64,000 nt of DNA, taken from assembly GCA_964534625.1 (NCBI GenBank), contig CAZHRF010000010.1, positions 12,004-76,003 on the forward strand. The letters run 5' to 3'. The stretch's first letter is position 1, and the number at the start of each line of letters is the position of its first letter. The stretch comes from an uncultured archaeon (GTDB taxonomy: Archaea > Asgardarchaeota > Heimdallarchaeia > Heimdallarchaeales > Heimdallarchaeaceae). The notes below the pieces were generated by a model. That model made no database searches. It saw only the letters and a program-made list of their open reading frames with translations, and was not told where the DNA came from. A program made the translations under genes and the position numbers. This document shows, one piece after another, positions 48,873-58,239 of the stretch.

Positions 48873-49283
48873 ATGACTGATGTAATAAAAGTTTTAGATA
48901 AATATAGCGTTAGAAAAGACTGTTTGTACACTGAAAACCACGAATGGGTTCGCAAAGAAGGCGAAATCTACATTTATGGGATTTCCGACTATGCTCAACA
49001 AAAACTTGATGCATTAACTTTTGCAGAAGTTCCTGACGAAGGTTCTTCTTTTGATAAAGGAGAGGATATGGGTTTTGTCGAAGCACTAAAAACAACCGAA
49101 GACTATTATGCGCCTTTTGACTGTGAAGTTGTTGAAGCTAACAAAGACTTAGAAGAAGATGCTGAAGTTATAAATGATTCACCCTATGAAGATGGATGGA
49201 TTGTTAAGATCAAAGCATTAGGTGAAGTAGAAGGATTACTTTCAGCTGAAGATTACGTAGAATTTATTAAAAATAATGAATAG
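48873..49283 (+). CDS. gcvH: Glycine cleavage system H protein
   Basis: YTENHEWV, GISDYAQ, lipoyl-Lys in VEALKT, INDSPYEDGW. Confidence 0.95.
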   Translation: MTDVIKVLDKYSVRKDCLYTENHEWVRKEGEIYIYGISDYAQQKLDALTFAEVPDEGSSFDKGEDMGFVEALKTTEDYYAPFDCEVVEANKDLEEDAEVINDSPYEDGWIVKIKALGEVEGLLSAEDYVEFIKNNE

Positions 49284-49296
49284 GAGCAAAAACTCT

Positions 49297-50691
49297 ATGA
49301 ACAATTTTTCGCACCCTTATCTTGGCAATTCTTCACAAGATATTCAAGAAATGCTAGATTTTTTAGGACTAAAATCTGTTGAAGATCTTTTTGCAGATAT
49401 TCCTGACTCAATCAAATTTAAAGGAAAACTAACCAAAATCCCTCATTTTACGAGTGAATATGACGTTCTTCAACACATTGAAAAAACTCTCGCAAACAAT
49501 ATAACAACTCGAGAGTTTCACTCATTTTTAGGGGGCGGAATTCTTGACGTATATATTCCAGCTTCACAAGACGAACTACTACGCCGTTCTGAGTTTTATT
49601 CTGCATATACACCGTATCAACCCGAGATAAGCCAAGGTATGCTTCAAAGTTTATTCGAATATCAGAGTTATATGTGTGAATTATTAGAGATGGACATTTC
49701 TAACTCTTCATTATATGATTGGGCAACAGCACTAGGTGAATCTGCCCTTATGTGTGCACGTATAACTGGAAAAAACAAGTTCTTATATACACAAGCTATT
49801 TCTCCGCACAGATTGAAAGTTTTGGAGAACTACACCAAAGGGGCAGATATACAATTAATACCAATTCCTTATAATCCGACTACTGGAAAAATGGATATTG
49901 AGAAGGCTAAAGAATTAATTGATGATGAAACAGCTGGAGTGTATTTTGAGAATCCAAACTATTTTGGGATAATTGAAGACAATATCCAGGAGATTACAGA
50001 TTTTCTTAAAGATAAAAAAGCCTTAGCAGTAGCAGGAGTTGAACTTTCGACTCTTGGAATTATGGAAGCACCAGGTAATTATGGTGCAGATGTAGCAATT
50101 GGAGAAGGACAAACAATTGGTTCAGGACCGTTAAGTTTTGGAGGACCACTACTTGGGGTATTCACAATGAAATTTGAAAGAAGATGGATACGCCATGCAC
50201 CAGGTAGAATTGTAGGTCAAACCATCACTCAAAATGAAGGAGAAGTTGCATACGTAAATACATTACAAACACGAGAGCAACATATACGAAGAGAAAAAGC
50301 AACAAGTAATATCTGTACTAATCAAGCATTAGCCGCTGTTAGTACAACCATCCACTTGTCATTGCTTGGACCTCAAGGTCTTCGAGAAACGGGTGAAAAT
50401 ATGTATTATAATGCCCACTACTTGGCTGATGAGCTAAGAAAAGCAGGAATAGATCTAAAATATTCTGGGGGATTTTTCAATTCGTTTGTGATAGATTTGA
50501 ATATTGCAGAGAATATCAGAGAAGATTTTGTCAAGTACATGATTAGTAAAAAGATTTTCCCGGGCATTCCAATACTCAATGAAGATGGTTCTGCGGATTA
50601 TTTAGTTACTACTAGTTATTTGTTAAAAAAGGATAGTCTGGATACATTTGTTAAAGCATTAGTTGAATGGAGGAATGGAAATGGAATATAG
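49297..50691 (+). CDS. gcvPA: Glycine dehydrogenase subunit 1
   Basis: YTPYQPEISQGMLQ, SLYD, FGGP, LQTREQHIRREKATSNICTN. Alternative start at 49276. Confidence 0.96.
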   Translation: MNNFSHPYLGNSSQDIQEMLDFLGLKSVEDLFADIPDSIKFKGKLTKIPHFTSEYDVLQHIEKTLANNITTREFHSFLGGGILDVYIPASQDELLRRSEFYSAYTPYQPEISQGMLQSLFEYQSYMCELLEMDISNSSLYDWATALGESALMCARITGKNKFLYTQAISPHRLKVLENYTKGADIQLIPIPYNPTTGKMDIEKAKELIDDETAGVYFENPNYFGIIEDNIQEITDFLKDKKALAVAGVELSTLGIMEAPGNYGADVAIGEGQTIGSGPLSFGGPLLGVFTMKFERRWIRHAPGRIVGQTITQNEGEVAYVNTLQTREQHIRREKATSNICTNQALAAVSTTIHLSLLGPQGLRETGENMYYNAHYLADELRKAGIDLKYSGGFFNSFVIDLNIAENIREDFVKYMISKKIFPGIPILNEDGSADYLVTTSYLLKKDSLDTFVKALVEWRNGNGI

Positions 50692-52186
50692 ACAAGCAAG
50701 GCACAATGAACCACTAATATTTGAGCTAAGCAAAAAGGGGAGAAGAGCATCTTTTCCAACACAGACAGATGTTCCAAAAAAAGATATCACTATACCCAAA
50801 AATATGCTGAGAAAAAACTCACCTTTACTACCAGAAATGAGTGAAGGAGAAGTTTATCGCCATTTCTTGAAACTCTCACAAATGAATTATGCAATTGATG
50901 TGGGAACTTACCCATTAGGCTCTTGTACAATGAAATTCAATCCAAAAATTAACGAAACAGTAGCGAGATTACCAAAAATAGCATATACACATCCCGCACA
51001 ACCTTGTGAAACTGTACAAGGAGTTCTAAAAATCTTGTATGACCTTCAGAATGCTTTAAGTGAATTAGCAGGTCTACCCCATTGTACTCTTCAACCAGCT
51101 GCAGGTGCTCAAGGTGAATATGTTGGATTAGCACTAATTCGAGCATACCATCATGATCATGGCGATACGCAAAGAGATGAAATTATTGTTCCTGATGCTA
51201 GTCATGGTACTAACCCAGCTAGCTCGTCCATGAATGGGTTCAAAACCATTGTAATTTCAACCAACGAGAAAGGACAAGTTGATCTTGATGAACTCAAAGC
51301 CGCTGTATCAGAGAAAACAGCGGGATTAATGTTAACTAATCCCAATACTATTGGTATCTTTGAATCCAAAATTGAGGAAATTGCAAAAATTGTTAAGGAA
51401 GAAGGTGGGCTTTTGTACTATGACGGTGCGAATTTTAATGCGATAATGGGGAAAATCCGTCCAGGTGACATGGGATTTGATGTATTGCACTATAATCTAC
51501 ATAAAACTTTTTCTACACCTCACGGCGGTGGTGGTCCAGGGGTCGGGGCAGTTTGTTGTTCTAATGAACTTGCTCCATATTTACCAATTCCTATAATAGA
51601 AATTGATGATGAAAAAGGCATTTATACAGCGAATTACGAGAAACCGAAGTCTATAGGAAAAATCCATGGGTTCTATGGTAATATAGGCGTATGTATAAGA
51701 GCATATGCATATATTTGCGCCTTGGGTAAAGAAGGACTGAAAAAAGTGGCAGAACATGCTGTTCTTGTTTCTAACTATATGTTACGAAACATGGAGAAGA
51801 TTGAAGGGCTAAACTTAACTTATGCTCCAGAGACCCCTCGAAAACACGAATTTGTCCTTTCTGCAGATGAACTTAAGAAAGAATATAACATTTCAGCAAT
51901 GGATGTTGCCAAACTGTTATTAAATAAAGGTTTGCATGCACCTACAGTTTATTTCCCCTTGAACATACATGAGGCATTGATGGTTGAACCAACAGAAAAT
52001 GAAAACAAAGAACGAATAGACGCATACGTCAAACTCTTAAAAGAAGAAATAGACAAAGCTAAAAAAGATGAAGAATATGCGCATCAAGCACCCAAAAACA
52101 CAGCTATTGGTCGTGTAGATGATGTATATGCTGCACGCAATTTCTTACTTTCTTGGAGATTGATAAAGCAAAAAAAGAACAAATAG
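50681..52186 (+). CDS. gcvPB: Glycine dehydrogenase subunit 2
   Basis: PLGSCTMKFNP, QPAAGAQGE, HGTNPAS, YYDGAN, NLHKTFSTPHGGGGPG, EPTE. Confidence 0.96.
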   Translation: MEYRQARHNEPLIFELSKKGRRASFPTQTDVPKKDITIPKNMLRKNSPLLPEMSEGEVYRHFLKLSQMNYAIDVGTYPLGSCTMKFNPKINETVARLPKIAYTHPAQPCETVQGVLKILYDLQNALSELAGLPHCTLQPAAGAQGEYVGLALIRAYHHDHGDTQRDEIIVPDASHGTNPASSSMNGFKTIVISTNEKGQVDLDELKAAVSEKTAGLMLTNPNTIGIFESKIEEIAKIVKEEGGLLYYDGANFNAIMGKIRPGDMGFDVLHYNLHKTFSTPHGGGGPGVGAVCCSNELAPYLPIPIIEIDDEKGIYTANYEKPKSIGKIHGFYGNIGVCIRAYAYICALGKEGLKKVAEHAVLVSNYMLRNMEKIEGLNLTYAPETPRKHEFVLSADELKKEYNISAMDVAKLLLNKGLHAPTVYFPLNIHEALMVEPTENENKERIDAYVKLLKEEIDKAKKDEEYAHQAPKNTAIGRVDDVYAARNFLLSWRLIKQKKNK

Positions 52187-52213
52187 GGGAAAATCCCCTT
52201 TTACTATTTTTTA
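52185..52213 (+). terminator. Hairpin plus T-tract after gcvPB
   Basis: AGGGGA-AAA-TCCCCT followed by T-rich run, between convergent genes. Confidence 0.5.
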
Positions 52214-52221
52214 TCTGTTTT

Positions 52222-52689
52222 TTATCTTCTTTTTTCAACTGGAGGATTGAAGAAGACAGCAATTATTAATAAAATACTCATTCCAATTACTTCTTTTAGA
52301 GCTATATTATTTGCTAGATCTTCAGGCATTCCCTCACGAAAAACTTCAATCGCTTGAAATGCAAAGAATATAACAAGAATCTGAATTAAAAGATATAATA
52401 TTATGGCTAGTGTCCCACCACGTAAAATGTATTTCCAGACCAGCTCATCTGTAGGATTACGATTGCGGCTCATCAAATAATCACTGATTAACAAACCTAC
52501 AGCTGTTAACCCAATTGCACCAAAGATAGGAAAAGCTATCAATAACGCTACATAGCCTTCTTGGTTCAATTTCATAATTTCACTTAAATAATAATAATGG
52601 GGTAATTGCGCTAAAATTGACATTGCTAATAAAGCCAAAATTGTAGGCAAACCAGTTGTACGATTCCAAATTTTTATTTTATTACTCAT
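52222..52689 (-). CDS. Membrane protein
   Basis: 155 aa with four TM helices. Confidence 0.7.
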   Translation of the reverse strand: MSNKIKIWNRTTGLPTILALLAMSILAQLPHYYYLSEIMKLNQEGYVALLIAFPIFGAIGLTAVGLLISDYLMSRNRNPTDELVWKYILRGGTLAIILYLLIQILVIFFAFQAIEVFREGMPEDLANNIALKEVIGMSILLIIAVFFNPPVEKRR

Positions 52690-52850
52690 ATTAACAGCCC
52701 TTTTTCTTCTTTGCTACTTACACTAGTCGTTTTTTTAAAACTTTTGATGAAGATTATAATGTTTACTGTCGATGAGCAGTACAAGAATAACACTATTTCT
52801 TAATAGTTGCAAGCTAAAATCAAATCAAATCTAAAAAGAAAGATTTTTTC

Positions 52851-54413
52851 TTATGGTGCATCATCGTGTCCCTCGAAATAGTATCCTTTTTCTATTCTAA
52901 ATTCGCAATATTTGTATCCAGTTCCATGGCACTTTGTTTCTGTCACTATTGGGGGTTCCTTTAAGAGTAGAGATAACCTCCCAGCAATATATCCAGCCAT
53001 GAAATCACATAATGTCTCATTAAGGTTGGTTTCAGATAAATCAGCACCAGAAGCATATGCACATTCATATATGCGGATATACATTTCATCTTCATCTTCA
53101 CCATCATAAATCTCAACAAATGAGTATTCTCTTTTAAGAATATTTGATGGATGAATTAGATATTTATGAAGAAATTCAACCGCTTCTTTCAATGAATCTA
53201 GCGGGAGTTTCTCTGCATCTAGAATTTCATAAATAATATTCTTACCAGGTCCTACAATACCCAACTCTCTTGCTGCTGTATAGAGAAGAGCTGCACAATA
53301 CTTATCTCGAAATTTCAAGGACATAATCTGTTGTTGTAACGTACTAATATGAACATAATCAATATCATTTGGTCTCAACTTTTCTTTCATCATTAATGAC
53401 GCATAGCCATTTTTCATTGTTTCATGAATTAACTCGTAAAACATTTGTTTTCTGTACTCTTCAGCTGGCATGTCTCCAAAAAATTTAATTGTTTTATCTT
53501 CTTCTGATATTTCATGTTTTTTATAAGGGGCATATCCGGGTTCTTTGCCGATATATACGTTTATTTCAAATTCACAATATGGCGCTCCCAACCCCTTACA
53601 ATTTGTTTCAACTACACGGGTTGCAGAACCAAGCATTGCTTCAACAGTACCAGCTATTTCTCCTGCTATGAAGTGACAGAGAGTTTCACCAACATTTATT
53701 GCACCAGCACTATTAACCAAATCATATATACGTAATTTAGCCCTATATCCGTCTAATTCAGCCACATCAGTTTGTGTTGCTAAGTATAGTGGAATTTCAC
53801 TATTGTGACTATAAAGTTTAGCTAATCCAATTAAAACTTCCTGAAATCTTTCAGCAGGATTAATAGTACCAACTTTTGCATTCAAAACAGTAAGATAAAA
53901 AGGAAATGCACCATAAGTCCCTAGTTCGCGACCAGAGAGATAGAGTAATTGAGGAACAAGCGGATCTAATGAAAGTAATGATAATAAAACTTGCTGATAC
54001 ACAGAGATATGACAGTAATCCCCAATATTTTCGCGTAAAAGTTCTTGAGAGATTATACTATCTATAGTATTTTTTGTGAGAACCATCATTGATTCTTTAC
54101 GTCGCGTATGACGTTCTTGAGAAACCATTGTGGGTAAAATTTTTGACCAAATTCGTTCCCGTATTACATCTTCAGTAATCATTCCTTGTGCTAAGATTTC
54201 ATTATTCATCATTAAAACAGGTACGGACATGATTCCATATTGATTTGCTATTTCTTGTTCTTCTGAAATATCAATCTTGGACACATGAATTGTATCTTGC
54301 ATAGATAATCCTACTACTTGTTCGACGATACGTTCAACTTCTGGACAAGCAAAACAAGTTGGACTGGTGAATAAAAGCAATCTTATTTTCTCTGACATAT
54401 CTTCATTTGACAT
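52851..54413 (-). CDS. Thioredoxin-V4R-V4R fusion protein
   Basis: N-terminal FTSPTCFAC...SVP thioredoxin. Two V4R domains: LCHFIAG..ETNCKGLGAPYCEF and LCDFMAG..ETKCHGTGYKYCEF. Confidence 0.88.
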   Translation of the reverse strand: MSNEDMSEKIRLLLFTSPTCFACPEVERIVEQVVGLSMQDTIHVSKIDISEEQEIANQYGIMSVPVLMMNNEILAQGMITEDVIRERIWSKILPTMVSQERHTRRKESMMVLTKNTIDSIISQELLRENIGDYCHISVYQQVLLSLLSLDPLVPQLLYLSGRELGTYGAFPFYLTVLNAKVGTINPAERFQEVLIGLAKLYSHNSEIPLYLATQTDVAELDGYRAKLRIYDLVNSAGAINVGETLCHFIAGEIAGTVEAMLGSATRVVETNCKGLGAPYCEFEINVYIGKEPGYAPYKKHEISEEDKTIKFFGDMPAEEYRKQMFYELIHETMKNGYASLMMKEKLRPNDIDYVHISTLQQQIMSLKFRDKYCAALLYTAARELGIVGPGKNIIYEILDAEKLPLDSLKEAVEFLHKYLIHPSNILKREYSFVEIYDGEDEDEMYIRIYECAYASGADLSETNLNETLCDFMAGYIAGRLSLLLKEPPIVTETKCHGTGYKYCEFRIEKGYYFEGHDDAP

Positions 54414-54478
54414 ACTGCTTTCTAAAATATCAATCCTCTTTTAAACTATAAACATTTCCTATTGGGAAAAATTAACGT

Positions 54479-55183
54479 TTATTTATTATTAATAGGTAAC
54501 AACTGCTCTGCAGGCGCATATCGACTTAAAACATTAAATTTTTCAGCATATTGAACACCACATTCCATTCCATTAGATCGTCTTCTAACATCGAGCCAGT
54601 CACCCATTCCCCAGCCATAGAATTCAGCATAAAGTTGGTAACCAGATCTCACTTTATCAAAGTTTTTTGTTATGTCAACGTGCACAACTCTGAGAGGTGA
54701 ATTACTATCATAATACAAAAACATTGGTACATGATAACGTGGTCTGTGAGGTGGTTCGGGATCAGTTATACGGGGTAATCGTGCATAGGTAAGAGCATCA
54801 TACAGAAGATTAACAGTACCACGATGATCTGGATGGCTGTTCGTTTGGTTCCAAGTTACAATTGCATCGGGTTTTAATTGAGCTATTAATTTAGCCATTT
54901 TAAGAGCATTTTCTCTAGTACTAAAAACTGATGTGTCTTTATGGTCCATAAAGAGAGTTTCACAGTCAATGATAGCTCCAATTTTCTTTCCTTGCTCTTC
55001 TCTAATATCTTTAACTTGATCGAAAGACATACCGTCAAAAAACGAAGCCATTTCACCTGAAGTTGTCCAAGCCAATATGACTTTATCTCCATTATCTACG
55101 TGGTTTACAAGCGTTCCCAAACAGCTTAATTCGTCATCAGGATGCGCAAAACATGCAAAAATGGTTTTCTTTTTTTTATCCAT
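54479..55183 (-). CDS. PIG-L/LmbE family deacetylase
   Basis: FAHPDDE, TSGE, HPDH, YAEKF. Confidence 0.92.
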   Translation of the reverse strand: MDKKKKTIFACFAHPDDELSCLGTLVNHVDNGDKVILAWTTSGEMASFFDGMSFDQVKDIREEQGKKIGAIIDCETLFMDHKDTSVFSTRENALKMAKLIAQLKPDAIVTWNQTNSHPDHRGTVNLLYDALTYARLPRITDPEPPHRPRYHVPMFLYYDSNSPLRVVHVDITKNFDKVRSGYQLYAEFYGWGMGDWLDVRRRSNGMECGVQYAEKFNVLSRYAPAEQLLPINNK

Positions 55184-55366
55184 ACTATTACTTCCAAAAT
55201 TATCAATTTTAATATTACGATTTGGCGACAGTTTAAACAAAAAAATTAACACTATACCTTCTTTCCACAGAAAATAATTATGTATACATTATTAAAATCT
55301 TATATTACTAGTAAATAGCCTTTTATAATTAAATCTTTAAAATTTAAGTACCCAGAGGCTTAATAT

Positions 55367-56098
55367 ATGTACGATAGAACAAGAAGAAACAAACCTTCCA
55401 GGATAGTTGAAGTTCCTATCCCGTCTGATGTATGGGATATCTTAGAAGATCTTATTATGACCTATGGGAATAAAGAAGAAGCAATCATTGAATCTATTAA
55501 AGGGCATCATGAACAGTTATATGGTTCTGATGCACAACCCAAACCCGAACAATCGCCTGAAGACGAGTATGAATATGTTCGTATGCCTAAAAAAACTGAG
55601 AGGCACATAACAGATGGGAGATGGGAGAAGATTACAGAAAATGGTCAAAAGATGCGAATGAGGACAAATGAAGAACTGGAAAAAGTTGATGAATTACTAG
55701 AAAAAGTAAAAACGCTTTTTGAACAGAAAAAACAAGAAGCAAGACCTCAAACACCCATTAATGATAACGACAAAATAAACGAGCTTATTCGAAAAGTAGA
55801 TAATTTATCTAAAATATCCGATTTATCTAGTGAAATTAATTCAATAAAATATTTGCTCCGCAATATGGGCTCAGGAGAGATCAGTAGAAAAGGAAAACGA
55901 GCAGATCTTTCATCTCTAGAAATAAATTTGTCAAAAGGTATAGATCCATCAATAACTTCTCCAGAGCGTCCTTTACTTGAGACAGCTTTAGACAGCATAC
56001 TACTATTTGATGATGAGGATTTCGATGAAGAGTTAGAGACAGAGAAAAATCCAGAAGGAGAAAAAAAGGGAGGATCTGATGAAAAAAATAAAAATTAA
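55367..56098 (+). CDS. Hypothetical coiled-coil protein with acidic C-terminus
   Basis: 243-aa ORF with typical composition and GAGG RBS. Confidence 0.7.
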   Translation: MYDRTRRNKPSRIVEVPIPSDVWDILEDLIMTYGNKEEAIIESIKGHHEQLYGSDAQPKPEQSPEDEYEYVRMPKKTERHITDGRWEKITENGQKMRMRTNEELEKVDELLEKVKTLFEQKKQEARPQTPINDNDKINELIRKVDNLSKISDLSSEINSIKYLLRNMGSGEISRKGKRADLSSLEINLSKGIDPSITSPERPLLETALDSILLFDDEDFDEELETEKNPEGEKKGGSDEKNKN

Positions 56099-56110
56099 AT
56101 TAACACAAAA

Positions 56111-56641
56111 CTATTTTTTTATAGCTTGTTTCACTAAACTATGAGCTAAATCTCTAAAAGCCTCATCCACATGGTCACCAGTAAGTGCACTAGTTTTTAT
56201 GAACTTTTTACTAGCAATTGATTCAACAAGTTCTTTACACTCTTCATCAGAAACAGATATTTTATCAGTTAAGTCTTTCTTATTTCCCACAACAATAGTG
56301 ACAACATTAGGTCCACAAATCTCGACAAGTTCTTTATTCCACTCTTTCAAATCTTGAAGGGTTGATTCTCTTGTCAAATCAAAAACCAGTAATGAAGCTT
56401 TGGCACCTCTGAAAAAATTATGCCTAATGAATTTAAAACGGGATTGTCCAGCTATATCCCATATAGAAAGGGCTACAAGTGTGCCATTCTCCAATTCGAT
56501 ATACTTCTCGCTAGGTTCCATACCTATTGTTAATAAATAATTTTGAGAAAACTTATCATGAATAAAACGTTGGACAAGTGATGTTTTACCAACTGCAGCG
56601 GCACCAAGTAATACTACTTTGAAATTATAGTCGGGATGCAT
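56111..56641 (-). CDS. Rab-like small GTPase
   Basis: FKVVLLGAAAVGKTS, TIG, WDIAGQSRF, FFRGA, GNKKD, TSAL; no C-terminal Cys. Confidence 0.93.
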   Translation of the reverse strand: MHPDYNFKVVLLGAAAVGKTSLVQRFIHDKFSQNYLLTIGMEPSEKYIELENGTLVALSIWDIAGQSRFKFIRHNFFRGAKASLLVFDLTRESTLQDLKEWNKELVEICGPNVVTIVVGNKKDLTDKISVSDEECKELVESIASKKFIKTSALTGDHVDEAFRDLAHSLVKQAIKK

Positions 56642-56668
56642 TTTATTATTAACCTCAATTGCGATAAA

Positions 56669-56968
56669 TTATACTGTTCTGGCATTTTCTAATTCTTGTT
56701 CCAAGCTTTCTAAGAAGTATTTCTCAAATGAACCATCTGCTCTTTTAATTGTAGTCAGTGAGATACATAAATCAAGAACAAAATCATATTTATCTTTTTC
56801 ATTTGATGAATACTTGTAAGCTTCTAATCTGGATTGAACTATTTTTGACATTTTTGATGCTTCTTTTTTATCTATATTACCTTGTTTATACTCAGAAAAT
56901 ATCTCTTGCATTATACTTAAAGCATCATCTGTCGTTTCTATTTTTTTGGGTATAGAAAACTTATTCAT
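56669..56968 (-). CDS. Hypothetical helical protein, likely co-transcribed with the GTPase
   Basis: 99-aa ORF 27 bp upstream of the Rab-like gene on the same strand. Confidence 0.65.
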   Translation of the reverse strand: MNKFSIPKKIETTDDALSIMQEIFSEYKQGNIDKKEASKMSKIVQSRLEAYKYSSNEKDKYDFVLDLCISLTTIKRADGSFEKYFLESLEQELENARTV

Positions 56969-57178
56969 TATACAACATCCTTGAAATAGATTAATATATG
57001 TTTTGCTAACTGAAGAATCTCAGTCAACTGTGAATATAAAATATAGTTAACTAATAGTACGTCTGATAAAAAAAGAAAATGTGATTGGAAAAGGGAAAAA
57101 ATCCCCTCAACGTCCCGTACCCTCATTCCAAAAAGGAATAGAATAATTAATTATTAGAAAAATTAATTATATAGTTCC

Positions 57179-57448
57179 TTAAGCTGATTGTTCAACTTCA
57201 GATTGTTCAGGAAGGAATTCAAATTTACTCCTGAGTTCAGGATCTAAATAATAAAACACACTTCGCATGTCTCTTAAATTAGACATTTTCTTTAGTATTC
57301 CTTTCTCAAGTAATCTACGGATTCCATACCTTACAGTACGCTCGGGTTGGTCAACTGAACGTAATATCTCTTTTTGGGTCATAGGACCGCGTTCATCCAA
57401 TACTTTTATTATGTCCTCGCCACCGCGTGGCAATTTTCTACGTTTCAT
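57179..57448 (-). CDS. Winged-helix (MarR/ArsR-like) transcription regulator
   Basis: GPMTQKEI...PERTVRYGIRRLLEKG...RDMRSVFY, typical of small archaeal wHTH proteins. Confidence 0.88.
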   Translation of the reverse strand: MKRRKLPRGGEDIIKVLDERGPMTQKEILRSVDQPERTVRYGIRRLLEKGILKKMSNLRDMRSVFYYLDPELRSKFEFLPEQSEVEQSA

Positions 57449-57798
57449 AATTCATCACTTCTTTGTTATATTTGTACGACTTGTGGAAATATTTAATCCC
57501 ACAATCAACATTCGAGTTAAATTCTCGGTGATACCATTCGCACGTCTAATATTTATAAATGTTTGCCTTGTTCGAACAGAACAGTGCATTATAATTTACA
57601 TTTAACTAGACGCGTAAAATATGTATATTAGATACATATCAATAGAGTGGTATACTCAACTCGCTAGTATTAAAACTATGTCTTTTTTGATATATAAACA
57701 TTTAGGCTACCTGAACACGTGTAAGGAGAGATTTTCATATATTTGCAATTTTTTCTACAATCAGATAAATTTAAAATGGTACAGGCAAGAGACTATAT

Positions 57799-58173
57799 GT
57801 GACAAATTTCAACAAAAATGAGTTTTTACTATATTATGGTAGTGCCTATTTAGTTGTTGCTATATTGGAAACAGTATTATTTTCTGCCATCTTGGGAGAT
57901 TGGACCTTTAGAATAATAATGCTGAATTTTAGCATTTGGGGTGTTATTTGGTTAGTGTCTATGTTTGCCTTTCCTCTATTTATATTTGATGCAGAACCAA
58001 CTATGTTAGCACTTTCCCCTTATTTATCACTATTAGGCTATGTAATTATCATTGTAGTATTTTATATTACATATAAGATACATATTCACCAATTAGAAAA
58101 ACGTACAAAAAAGAAATTGAATTTTAGTAAAATGATGGATTTATATTTCCCTATTGAAGAAGAGAAAGAATAA
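57799..58173 (+). CDS. Small membrane protein
   Basis: Three TM segments, GTG start. Confidence 0.65.
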   Translation: MTNFNKNEFLLYYGSAYLVVAILETVLFSAILGDWTFRIIMLNFSIWGVIWLVSMFAFPLFIFDAEPTMLALSPYLSLLGYVIIIVVFYITYKIHIHQLEKRTKKKLNFSKMMDLYFPIEEEKE

Positions 58174-58239
58174 AACGGGTGTAAAGATACGTCCATGTTG
58201 AAATAACTTTATATAAACAAGTTCTGTATTTTTACCACT

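Noticed and set aside
57080-57178. SECIS-like element
   Set aside because: No adjacent gene with an in-frame TGA and no convincing SECIS core.
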